Origin: Octopus sinensis
Lineage: Eukaryota
DNA length: 64,000 bases
Direction: 5' to 3'
Assembly: GCF_006345805.1 (NCBI RefSeq)
Contig: NC_043020.1
Location: 9,300,001 to 9,364,000 of the forward strand
Below the pieces are notes generated by a model. That model ran no database searches. It was not told where the DNA came from and worked only from the letters and a program-made list of their open reading frames with translations. Shown one piece after another: positions 11,091 to 23,246 of this stretch (position 1 is its first letter; every line of letters starts with the position of its first letter). A program made the translations under genes and the position numbers.

Positions 11091-11292
11091 TATAAAAATA
11101 GGGTAAAGTCAAATAATTTACTTTACCACACACCGAGCTTTTTAGAAATAGCAGCCAAAAATTTGGCTATTTCTTCTACTGCAAGAAAGAAAAACACAAC
11201 AGTAGAAGAAAAAAAGCCAAATTTTTGGCTGCTATTTCTAAAAAGCTCGGTGTGTGGTAAAGTAAATTATTTTACTTTACCCTATTTTTATA
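11091..11292. repeat. Long palindrome with ~91-bp arms and 18-nt loop
   Basis: 11091-11181 is the reverse complement of 11200-11292 apart from one substitution and one T-run difference. Confidence 0.9.
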
Positions 11293-11434
11293 AAGTAATA
11301 TTTCAAATATACCGTAAATAGTCATTTTACATACCGAACACTGCTCGGTCGAATTAATTAATAATCAATTAATTCTACCCTTTTTTATTGACAATATAAT
11401 ATATATATATATATATATACATATTTTCTGTGTA

Positions 11435-11473
11435 TCTTTCTGTCGAAGAGTGTAGGCTCGAAACGTAAAAGAC
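11435..11473 (+). ncRNA. Minimal type I hammerhead-like motif with a variant core (CUGUCGA)
   Basis: tcttt-CTGTCGA-a-gagt-gtag-gctc-GAAAC-GTA-aaaga. Stem I (tcttt/aaaga), stem II and a GUA triplet are present. Core position 6 is U rather than A. Confidence 0.4.
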
Positions 11474-11581
11474 TTGTTCTATTTCTATTCCTGAGTGCCA
11501 TACTAACACATTTGTTTGTTTGTACTCCACCTGCCTTCATCTTTTGTTTATTTTCTTAAACCTTCCCGTTACATATATATA

Positions 11582-11636
<55 letters not shown>

Positions 11637-12823
11637 ACAAATTAATAAATAAAACATATGATATATACATACATATATGTACGTACCTACATCTACATGT
11701 ATATATACATGCCATATATGGGTACAGGACACAAAAAAACGTTGTGAACACAATGAGAAACGAAAACATGAACACAAAACCAAGGAAATGGACATTTTTC
11801 TTAAACAATGAAAAAATAGAGTACAGGACATACAACACAAGGAAAATTCCCCTTCTTCAGTCGCCTCTGTTTCATTTACTCCGCGTTTCGAAGGTAAAGG
11901 CGAGACACGACTTCGTTGAAACAATCCTTCCCGCAAAAGGCAAATTAAATAAAATTTGAGATTTTTTTGCAGAGGGGTAAAAATGGTAACAAAAACAGGA
12001 CAGTAAAGACAGTACAAAATATAAACAGTAAAAGACAGGACAAGGAGAATAACAGTAACACAGACATTGAGGGCTGTTATGCCAAACGAGAGAAAATATT
12101 ACGAACGCTTTTTTAGAACGGCAGAGAGAGACACAGGAAAGCCGTTTACACTCGAGAAAGACGGTAGTTTTCTCGTCGCTAGTCAGCGACGGGACAGAGG
12201 AGGAGGAGTAAGAGAAAGGGAGAGAAAAAAGGGAATGGTTGTAGAGAAAACCAGAAAGAATGAAGAATGAGAGAGAGAGAGGGAGAGACAGTAAGGTAGA
12301 AGAAAAGGAAACCAGAAAGAATGACAGCTGAGAAAGGGATGGGGACAGAAAGGATAAGAGTGCGCATCATTATTAATATTAAGAACAAACTTAGAAATGG
12401 ATGCGTGCGTTCCTTCATATAATAACAAATTAATAAATAAAACATATGCATATATACATACCTATATGTACAGGGGCGGGCGTGGCTGTGTGGTAAGAAG
12501 CTTGCTTCCCAACCACATTGTTCTGGGTTCAGTCCCACTGCATGGCGCCCTGGGTAAGTGTCTTCTACTATATCCTTGGGTTATAGCTTCGTGAGTGGAT
12601 TTGGTAGACAGAAACTTAAACAAGCCCATCGTATATAAACATATATGTGTATATTTCTGTGTGTATCTGTGTTTATCCCCCATCATCACCTGACAGCTGA
12701 TGTTTATGTCCTTGTAACTTAGGAGTTTAGCAAAAGAGACTGATAGAATAAGTACTAGGCTTACAAAGGTGGTGCTCCAGCATGGCTTCAGTCAAATGAC
12801 TAAAACAAATAAAAAAATAAAAG

Positions 12824-14632
12824 TGTGCCCATCTCGTCTCTTTCGAACTTGAGCCCCAGCACAGTGCCTCCTTCTATGGCTTCTGGCAGTTTAACAGTCA
12901 GCCCAAGTTTCTTCAGATGATCTACGACTTCCTCTGCTGTCGCCACACTTCATCTACAAGGATGTCGTTGATATACAAATTAGTCGCTTGCTCCACCTCA
13001 GCCACCTTATCCAAGACCGTCTTTAGGACCTTTGCCATAACTTTTGGTGCCAAACTCAAGCCAAACCTTAACCAAGTCAAGCAGTAAGTTCTACCCTTGT
13101 GCCTCACCAACTGGCACTTCCACAGTTTCTTGGACACATGGAGTTGCAGATAGGCCGACTTCAGGTTGACGACTGTGGATGCTTCTGTCATGCACCTCCA
13201 AACCCGGAAAGTTTCCCTGCAGGTATCTGCTGCTTCACCACCCATATGGCATGACATGTGCTCATTCAGTTCACAGAAATCAAGTACAGGTTTAACCTTG
13301 TTCTTCATGGGCTGGACCACAGCCATTAAGGGCAACACACCATTTTTCTCTTCTCCTTCCCATGGCCTCAGATCCACCTCCCTCTTGAATTCACTCCTGA
13401 CTCCTCCTTTGAGAGTGTGTTCTTAACAGCTCACCCTCCCAGAAGTATTCACCTGTCCATCGTGTGCCATCGAATTTAGCCTGGAAGTCCTTCCTCGTCT
13501 CCAATGTCACATCCATTGGCCCCTCTTTCTACAAGAGTTCCGTCGCTCTCACAACCTCCCCCCATACTTATAGCACCATACTTATAGCACATCAGTTGCA
13601 GAATTCCACTCGCTTCTCGCCTACCGTCACGCCACCCAACCGGGCAATCACGTCCATTCCCACCACTTCGTCGACAACAATCGCCTGAACCTTCAGTGCC
13701 GACTTTTGCACTATCAATTGTATTCCACTCTCGCCTCTGCAACTCACTTTCCTGCCATCTACAGTGCTCAGACATGGGTTACCGCTCCAGCTAGTCACCA
13801 TGGTTGTAGTGCAACCAGTATCCACAACTGCACAGACCTCTCTCGACCCCGCCCCACTCGAACGTTTGTTATTGGCAGTGACCGCGAGTGCGCCTCTAAT
13901 CGGTTGACGGGGTAGCTGGCAGAATCGTTAGCACGCCGGGCGAAATGCTCAGCGGTATTTCGTCTGCCGCTACGTTCTGAGTTCAAATTCCGCTGAGGTC
14001 GACTTTGCCTTTCATCCTTTCGGGGTCGATTAAATAAGTACCAGTTACGCACTGGGGTCGAAAAAATCGACTTAATCAGTTTGTCCTCTCTGTGTTTAAT
14101 CCCTTGTGGGTAGTAAAGAAATAGGTTGACGGGGTAGCTACCGGCGCAGTTGCTCCCCTCCATCCGTTTTCCTGTTTACATTGGTTAGCAATGTGTCCAG
14201 GCTGGTCACACCGGTAGCACACCACTTCTGGTTTCGGTGCCTTGCAAGTCTCTGACGATACGAGAACCCCGACACCTGAAACATGAGCCCTTCGTCATTT
14301 GCCCAGCTTCTCTTGCCTCATTCTTCTTCCCGTTAGCTTCGATTTGCCTCTACGTCTCCGTCACCATACAAACCACATTGCGTGTTGTTCTGAGGCATGA
14401 CGAGAGAACGCTCTATCAACTCACTCACCGGCATAGTGTGGATACCCGGTAACTGCTACAAACTTATTGAAATGTGATGAGGAAATCCAGTCACAAAGGC
14501 CAACCTCACAACACCCTCCATCGCCTCGCCGGAAATCCCTGCTAAAGCCACCAATCTCTTAATCTCACTTGCATAGTCATCGACCTGTTCTCCGGTCCAC
14601 CTCACGCTTCCGAGCTGAGAGATTTTTGCGCA
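12824..14632 (-). mobile_element. Degenerate Ty3/gypsy-like LTR retrotransposon internal fragment (gag-PR-RT)
   Basis: gag-like WTGEQVDDYASEIKRLVALAG (~14550-14630); zinc knuckle CYRCDQPGHIANQC (~14170-14215); protease AVVDTGCTTT (~13800-13830); RT NLKSAYLQL...FGLSLAP...LYINDILV (ORF 12922-13377). It has frameshifts and no LTR is visible. Confidence 0.85.
13918..14123 (+). mobile_element. SINE family B inserted into the gypsy remnant
   Basis: Perfect 16-bp TSD ggttgacggggtagct (13902-13917 and 14124-14139). The body gcctttcatcctttcggggtcgat...aagtaccag resembles the Meta domain of MetaSINEs as I recall it. Confidence 0.9.
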
Positions 14633-14805
14633 TATTCTTTACCAAATTCCAATCTTGAGATTTTGGTCTCTGGGCCTTATTTTACCCAATGTATAATACA
14701 AGGTGTCCCTAAAATTCCTTTACAATTTGAAAAACAAAATGGAAAATAGATCAATCAAGGCAACCCACGTTGAAGTGTTCAATTTTTTTCTGATAAACCT
14801 TTATT

Positions 14806-15186
14806 TGTTTACTCTTTACTCTCTCTTTTACTTGTTTCAGTCATTCACCGCCTTTTAATCGAGCAACTCGACCCCAGGACTCATTCTTTTGTAAGCCCAG
14901 TACTTATTCTATCGGTCTCTTTTGCCGAACCGCTAAGTAACGGGGACATAAACAAACCAGCATCGGTTGTCAAGCAATGCTAGGGGGACAAACACAGATA
15001 CACAAACACACACACACATATATATATATATATACATAAATACGACGGGCTTCTTTCAGTTTCCGTCGTTTGGTCGGTCCGAGGCTATAGCAGAAGACAC
15101 TTGCCCAAGGTGCCACGCAGTGGGACTGAACCCAGAACCATGTGGTTCGTAAGCAAGCTACTTACCACACAGCCACTCCTGCGCCT
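14806..15186 (-). mobile_element. SINE family A with small internal deletions
   Basis: Reverse complement of the family A consensus, from tail to head. Confidence 0.85.
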
Positions 15187-15836
15187 ATGTTTGTCTATGT
15201 TTTCCAATAAACTCTGTTGAGTTATCCTTATTTTTCGTTTTTCTGGTTGTAAAGGTAATTTATGGACACCCTGTACCATGGAGTTGAATGAAGAACCAAA
15301 TGTTTCTTACGCAAACTTCATAACCACACACGTAATATCTGTACCACATTCCGCACAGACATCCCTCCATATTTCCCCCCCCCTCCAATACACACACACA
15401 TTTAGGTCCGATGATAGTATTTAAATCTCAGTTCGAATCATTTTTGAGTTCCAAGTTCATTTTCAACATTTTACAGGGAAATAACTCTAAATTCAAATTA
15501 TCCCCCTTGTACTATACATGGCTTTAAAGATTATTAGTGTGTGTGTGTGTGTGTGTATAGGTAGACGTGATTGTGTGTGTGTGTGTATGCGTCTGTTTGT
15601 AGCTAGGTATGTCTGTGAATAATTGTGCACTTAAGCATATGTATATATTTGTCTAGAGAAAGAAAGACGGTGACACTGAGAGAGGGAGAGAAAGAGCGAG
15701 AGAAAGAGGGAGAGAGAGAGGAAGAGGGGAGAGAGAGAAAGAGGGAGAGAGAGAGAGAGGGGGAGAGAGAACTGTACATTTGTATGTTGATGGAAAGTAA
15801 TAGTTCTGCATACGTCATCATCATCATCATCTTCCT

Positions 15837-15959
15837 CATCGCTATCTTGCCCGCCTGAGTTGGATGGTTCGACAAGATCTGGCGAGCCAGAGGACAGCAT
15901 CGCTATCTTGCCCGCCTGAGTTTGATGGTTCGACAAGATCTGGCGAGCCAGAGGACAGC
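15837..15959. repeat. 61-bp tandem duplication inside a family D element
   Basis: catcgctatcttgcccgcctgag...gaggacagc occurs twice (15837-15897 and 15898-15959). Confidence 0.9.
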
Positions 15960-16119
15960 GTTTAGTTCCATTGTCTGCTTTGGCAGGGTTTCTACAGTTC
16001 GTTACCTTCCTGTTGAACTATACATTTGTTTGGATAGGAGAGACAGATAGATCGGTAGATGGATGGATAAAGAGACAGACAAATAGATAGGTAGATAGAC
16101 ATACATACATACATATATA

Positions 16120-16156
<37 letters not shown>

Positions 16157-16359
16157 CGGGAAGCTTTATGAAAATAGACAAAAGACGAAGGCAGGTTTAC
16201 GGAAATAAACAATATATATATACATATATATTTCTTTACTACCCACAAGGGGCTACACACAGAGGGGACAAACAAGGACAAAGAGATTAAGTCGATTACA
16301 TCGACCCCAGTGTGTAACAGGTACTTAATTTATCGACCCCGAAAGGATGAAAGGCAAAG

Positions 16360-16420
<61 letters not shown>

Positions 16421-16891
16421 GGAGATGGATAGTGAGACAAACAGACAGATAGATACAGAGAGAGAGGGAGAGAGGAGGAGATGGAGAGACAGAAAATGTG
16501 TGTGGTTGCTGATGGAGTGTGTGTATAGCTTAGATGGTCAAACATCCAGCTGTTGACCAGTCTACCTTTTAGCTGATGACCACTTGAGTCAGACATCAAT
16601 TTATCCTCCTTATTGATTATTTATCTAAATATGTGAATAAATTTCTTTAGACATAAGCTCAGGTATGGCTGTGTGGTAAGAAGTTGGCTTTCCAATCACG
16701 TGGTTCTGGGTTCAGTACCACTGTGGGGGATTCCTATTATTGCCTTGGGCCAACTAAAGCCTTGTGAGTGGATTTGGTAGACGGAAACTGAAAGAAGCCC
16801 ATTGTATATATATATATATATATGGAAAATAGATAAATAAATAAACAAAATTGTTCAATTTGATATTTATTACAAAAAAATTCAACCATTA

Positions 16892-16896
<5 letters not shown>

Positions 16897-16924
<28 letters not shown>

Positions 16925-16978
16925 AATAATAATGATAATAATAATGATAATATAATAATAATAATAATAATGAATGCG

Positions 16979-17025
<47 letters not shown>

Positions 17026-17072
17026 TAATAATATGAATAATAATGATAATAATAATAATAATAATAATAATA
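16897..17072. repeat. (AAT)n microsatellite
   Basis: Directly visible. Confidence 0.95.
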
Positions 17073-17559
17073 GTTTATAACAACAACAAAACAACATCAA
17101 CACAGAAAATGAGGAGACAACATTCGATGACGATGACGACAACAGTTTGTTTTGTTTCTTGTCTTTTTTTTTTTTGTTTTGTTATTTTATTTTATTTTTT
17201 GCCAACATCACCCATCACCATCACCATCGCCGTCATCACCACTGCTTTCTCCTCCTCCATCAACGACATCAACGTGATCCCCCACCCCCCGTCTTACCCC
17301 TCACCCCTCACCCACACCGAAATTGGTGGACGACAATAGCAACAACAACAACATCAGCAACATTTAGTTGTGTCTTTTTAATGACAATTACATTTTTTTT
17401 TTTCAGATAATTAGCACCGAGTCTCTTAATTAGGTTGTAAGAAAAAATTCAAAAATGGAATCTCATTTAGGTCATTTTAATTAATAAAGACTTCTTTCTA
17501 TTCTCATTATTAGTATTATCATTATACTTTTGTATTTTACATTCAAACATGGTGGTATA

Positions 17560-17588
17560 TATATATACATACTATAATATATATATAT

Positions 17589-17633
<45 letters not shown>

Positions 17634-18030
17634 ATATATTATAGTATCATATATTATATATACATACATATTATATATATAATACATCTATCCATATATA
17701 TATATACATATATATATATATAACATACATATATATATTATATATATATATATACATATCTAATTTATATACACATATATATATATATTACATACATACA
17801 TCAATATATATATATATATACATACATATATATATATATACGTACATATATATATATATATACATACATATATATATATACAATATATATATATACATAT
17901 ATATATATATACATACATATATATATACATATATATATATATACATCATATATAATATAGACATATTATATATAACATACATACATAATATATATCTATA
18001 TTATATATATTATATATATAATATAGTATA

Positions 18031-18067
<37 letters not shown>

Positions 18068-18070
18068 ACT
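17560..18070. repeat. Complex (AT)n/(ATAC)n microsatellite
   Basis: Directly visible. Confidence 0.95.
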
Positions 18071-18520
18071 TTTGTGGTATTAAGGCTACCACTGGTTCAT
18101 GCTTAAGAAAATCTTTAGCAATCTTCAAACCAGTCATATAAGATGAATACCAACTTCTCTATGTGATTGGCTTGAAGAATTGTTAAGATATTTTTCTTAA
18201 TAGGAAACCAATGGTAGCCTTAATACACAAATAAAGAATTTTTATCCACCAATATGCTGTTGAGCACTCATTCTCATTGTTTGACATTTACATATACATA
18301 TACATATACATACATATATATATATATATATACACACACACATATACACATACATTTTTGGTACACTTGTTCATATATATATATATACATTTCTTTTTCT
18401 ACATACACAGAAACATGTAGTTATCATTACAGGTATGTATATATTATTTATACACATGTATACACTGCAAAGATTTTTTTTGGGGAAAATGGGGACAGGT
18501 CAGTTGGACTGAATCAACCA

Positions 18521-18890
18521 CAGTATATTACTGGTATTCGTTTCAACTAGACACAATGCCAACCTTTTTAGGAAGAATATGAAGTAACTGATTCAGCCAG
18601 AGTATATTACAGGTACTTATTTTAACAAGACATGGGGCCAATCTTTGTATCAAGGGTATATGAGAATAAAATTCGATTTACCAACACATATTACAGGTAC
18701 CCTTTTTAATAAGACATGGAGCCAATCTCTGAAAAGTAGGATTATATCAAGAGTGTATAAGAATCAACTGAACTGCCCCAAATATATTACAGGTACTAGT
18801 TTCAAAAAAACCCAAGAGGCCAATCTTTGTATCAGGGGTATATGAAAATCAACAGATCTGACACAGTATATTACAGGTACTCATTTAATG
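18521..18890. repeat. Degenerate minisatellite, about 5 units of 80-95 bp
   Basis: tatattacaggtac(t) recurs at ~18523, 18603, 18688, 18783 and 18867, followed by similar aagacatgg-gccaatct motifs. Confidence 0.8.
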
Positions 18891-18938
18891 CAGCTTAAAT
18901 ATCTTAGGAAATGGAAAGTGGTGTGTAGAGATGATTAC

Positions 18939-19038
18939 NNNNNNNNNNNNNNNNNNNNNNNNNNNNNNNNNNNNNNNNNNNNNNNNNNNNNNNNNNNNNN
19001 NNNNNNNNNNNNNNNNNNNNNNNNNNNNNNNNNNNNNN
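18939..19038. other. Assembly gap (100 N)
   Basis: Run of N. Confidence 1.
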
Positions 19039-19330
19039 GCAGTAGGTAGCCGCAGCAGCAGCAGCAGCGCCGCTCTCATACAATAAACTATGGCTCTTTT
19101 ATTATAATAAATGATGGTGTTGTATTTGTTGTAGTATTTAATAATAATAATGTGGAGCTCGCAGTAGTTGTGTCAGTTTAAAGCCAGACATTGCTTTTGT
19201 TCCCTTATAGTTTTTCTTCCCCCCCCTTTGCGAAATTCAAGAAACCAGACGACATCAAAACCAATGCTCCCCCTGCGGCAGTCAGCCACACTATCACTCA
19301 ATCCCCTTCTCTTTCTCTCCTGAACTCCCC

Positions 19331-19681
19331 CCTCACTATTAACTTTTACTCTCTCTTTCTCTCCTTCACTCCACCTCACTATTAACTTTTACTCTCTCTT
19401 TCTCTCCTTCACTCCCCCCTCGCTATTAACTTTTACTCTCTCTTTCTCTCCTTCACTCCACCTCACTATTAACTTTTACTCTCTCTTCCTCTCCTTCACT
19501 CCACCTCACTATTAACTTTTACTCTCTCTTTCTCTCCTTCACTCCACCTCACTATTAACTTTTACTCTCTCTCTCCTTCTCGCTTCTCTTCACTCCATCA
19601 CTAACTTCTATTCTCTCACCTCTCTAAAGTCCCTCACTAAGTTTTACTCCCTCACTAATCTCACTCCTTCACTGACTTTTA

Positions 19682-19712
<31 letters not shown>

Positions 19713-20620
19713 TTCCTTTCACACCCTCACTAACATCTACTTTCTCACTTCTTTCTCTTTTCTTTATTCCCTCACACCTTCTCTAACTCCTACTCTCTCT
19801 TTCTTCTCACTCCCTCACTTCTCAATAACCCCCCCTCAATAACATCTATCCGTTTACTTCTCCCTACTCTTTTCGCTTTTCTTTTTTTCCTCACTCCGTC
19901 ACTAACTTTTACTCTCTCACTTGTCTTCTTTACTCCCTCAATGACTTTTACTCACTCACTTCTCTTCATTCCGTCATTAATTTCACTCCCTCTTCTTTTT
20001 CACACACCCCTTTACTAACTTCTACCCCTTCACTTCACTTTTCTCTTTACTCTTTCACTAACTTCAACTCCCTCACTTCGCTCACTACTCTTCGCTCCCT
20101 CACTAATTTCTCCTCCTTTACGTCTTTTTCTTCTCCTCACTCCCTCACTAACTTCTACCCTCTCACTTCTCTTCCCTCTCTCACTAACCGCTACTCACCC
20201 ATTTCTCTTCACTCAGTTATTCTCTTTACTCCCTCCCTCACTAATTCCAGTACGTTCCCTCACTTATTCTCTAACTTCCACCCACTTCTCCCTCCCTCAT
20301 TTCCACAATAAATCTCTCACCCTCCCTCCTTCCCTTTCCTTCATTCCTTCACTACTCTTCGCTCCCTCACTAATTTCTACTCCTTTACGTCTTTTTCTTC
20401 TCCTCACTCCCTCACTAACTTCTACTCTCTCACTTCTCTTCCCTCTCTCACTAACCGCTACTCACCCATTTCTCTTCACTCAGTTATTCTCTTTACTCCC
20501 TCCCTCACTAATTTCAGTACGTTCCCTCACTTATTCTCTAACTTCCACCCACTTCTCCCTCCCTCATTTCCACAACAAATCTCTCACCCTCCCTCCTTCC
20601 CTTTCCTTCATTCCTTCACT
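19331..20620. repeat. Pyrimidine-rich minisatellite: 43-bp units decaying into a degenerate array with a 267-bp duplication
   Basis: cctcactattaacttttactctctctttctctccttcactcca repeats about 5.5 times from 19331. 20083-20349 and 20350-20617 are near-identical. Confidence 0.9.
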
Positions 20621-21036
20621 CTCACTCTCACTCTCTTACTGCACTTCATAGCTTCATCAATTCCTACTCACCAACATCCTCTTCTCTCGCCAACAAACCC
20701 CCGTTTCACTTTGGCAAAGGAGAAATACCTCACCATAACATTCTCCTCACTAAACACAACACATGCGATACAACCTCGCATTTGTAACATATTTGAGTTG
20801 GAAAAAACTGCTATAAAATCACATTACCTATGCAATTTGTAGAGAAGAGCTCCCGGGTTCAGTCCCACTGCGTGGCACTTTTGGTGAGCGTCGACCAAAA
20901 GCCTTCTGAGTTGATTTGTTGACGGAAACTGAAAGATTGTGGGGCGAGGGCGAGGGCTAGTCGATTACATCGATCCAGTGTTTCACTGGTACTTAATTTA
21001 TCGACCCCGAAAGGATGAAAGGCAAAGTCGACCTCG

Positions 21037-21069
<33 letters not shown>

Positions 21070-22596
21070 AGTTCACAGATTAGATCCAGAGATTCCCACT
21101 AGTGCTCAAAAGATTTAAACTTAGACTCCACAAGGTAAAGAATGGTTATAAGAGGGATCAAGTTGAGCGGGTATAGAGGCAATTATGCGGATAAGCAAAT
21201 TAGATTTATTAAATATATTAGATATAACAGTTTGGGTAAGAAATACAAAATATGTGTATATGTATTACATGCAAAATGAAGGAGAGCAAAAGGGGGAGAC
21301 TTTCAGATGATGAATTTATAAGTATAAATATATAGATATAAATAGGTCCAACTTACACAGAGTACAAACGACAGAGAATATTAAAGGGGTGGGAAAAGGG
21401 TATTACAAGTCCAACGGCTGTTTCTGGGAGCTCAGAGATCCATCATAATGTTGGTAGATGTAGTTCATCACAATATGCAATTAACATTGGGTACATCAGT
21501 ATGTAGGTGTGTGTGTCTTAGTGTGTATTTGCATTTCACCACTGCTTGGCAACCGGTAGTGATGTGTAGCTTAGCGGTTCGGCAAAATTGACCGATAGAA
21601 TAAGTACCAGGCTTTTTTAAAGAAAAAAGAAAAATAAATATTAAGACCGGGGTCGATTCACCCGGCTAAAAATTCTTCAAGGTGTTGCCCCAACATGGCC
21701 GCAGTCTAATGACTAATCAGGGGAGACACATTCAATAAAATCTGCTGAATACATTTTTTGGAAAATAAAGGCAATGCAGACGACAGCAGATCCAGTCTTT
21801 AAAATATCAGGCACGTTTTCAATCTTTTTAGACCTTCTCAGCAAAACATTTTCTACTCGGTTGAGCAATGCTTTTGTTTTTATTATTATTATTTATCTTT
21901 TTGAGGCCTTCTTCACCATTTTCTATCTGTCTCTCTCTCCCCTCTTTCTCTTTTCTCTCTCCCTCTCGCTGCTCACACGTGACCGCCGTCCATCTTTCTT
22001 TCCTTCAGGCAACCTTTCTTTTCCTGCACGGACGTTTAAGCGAACGGACGTGTTTTTTTTTTTCTCTCTCTCTCTCTTCCATCTTTTCTCTTTTCAAAAA
22101 CAATGTTTCTCCTAGCATTCACTATTTTCCTCTCCTTCTGTTCGAACGACATTCCATGTTTGTTTTCGTTCGGCTTCCTTGTATGTGTCCACTGTCATTT
22201 TTTTGTTCCCAACTTTGACCCTCCATAAATCCTAAATTTTAGTTTAGAATTTATGGCAGCAACTGCCTTTAAAGACTCATATTACAGTTGAGTGCTCGAA
22301 ATGAGGAGTAGATAAACAGCCGACAACTGATGAAGGATCCTTTCTCTGTGTTAACTTGTCCTGTTTTCCATTTTTTTATCGTGTTTACGTATTTCATGTT
22401 ATTTGCATCGTTGGTGATGTCCTGTACCCGTATATGTATATGTGTGGTGTGTGTGTGTGTGTGTGTGTGGTGTGTGTGTATAAGAAGAAAAGAAAATAGG
22501 GATTAGGAAGTTAATTGTTTAATATTCAAAAATTTAATTACAAATATGTGAAATGAATTAACAAGCCCACATATAACATCAGAAGATACCTCTTTT

Positions 22597-22695
22597 TTCC
22601 TCTGATGAAATTATTATTCATGTCATATAAATGTAAATTTAATGTACAAATTTTTAATTAAATTATTGAGTATTGATTGAAACGGCTGTAAGAAG
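22597..22695 (+). ncRNA. Type I hammerhead-like motif with a long stem II insert, within a dispersed repeat
   Basis: ttcct-CTGATGA(22602-22608)-aatta...tgatt-GAAAC(22679-22683)-ggct-GTA-agaag. A second copy lies at 63597-63685 on the minus strand. Confidence 0.5.
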
Positions 22696-22837
22696 CGAAG
22701 ATGACCAATTTGTTTTTAGAAATAAACAATTATTAACTTCCTTATCTCCATTTTCTTTTCTTCTTTCAAATGGATATAAATGATATGCTTTAATATACAC
22801 CTATTGTTTTAAAGGAGTTTCATTCCTCAAAAATACT

Positions 22838-23246
22838 AGGAATGGCTGTGTGGTAAATAGCTTGTTTACCAACCACATGGTTCCGGGTTCAGTCCTACTG
22901 CGTGGCATCTTGGGCAAGTGTCTTCTGCTATAGCCCCGGGCCGACCAATGCCTTGTGAGTGGATTTGGTAGACGGAAACTGAAAGAAGCCTGTCGTATAT
23001 ATATATATATGTTGTGGTGTGTGTGTTTGTGTGTCTGTGTTGTCCCCCTAGCATTGCTTGACAACCGATGCTGTGTGGTTTACGCGTCCCGTAACTTAGC
23101 GATTCGGCAAAAGAGACCGATAGAATAAGTACTGGGCTTACAAAGAATAAGTCCGGGGTCGATTTGCTCGACTAAAGGCGGTGCTCCAGCATGGCCGCAG
23201 TCAAATGACTGAAACAAGTAAAAGAGTAAAAGAGTAAAGAGTAAGA
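22838..23246 (+). mobile_element. SINE family A, full length
   Basis: Head, CORE-like segment, internal (TA)/(TG) run and a (gagtaaaa)n tail. Confidence 0.9.

Noticed and set aside
17400-17490. Three TAATTA homeodomain-like motifs in unique sequence
   Set aside because: The AT-rich background makes these likely by chance, and conservation data would be needed.
19039-19079. Possible signal-peptide start MRAALLLLLRLPT on the minus strand
   Set aside because: It is only 13 codons derived from a (CAG)n run and enters the N gap, with no splice or homology support.
19331-19575. CRISPR-like appearance of regular short repeats (also 18521-18890 and 58839-59156)
   Set aside because: The units are contiguous with no unique spacers, there are no cas genes, and the context is eukaryotic.
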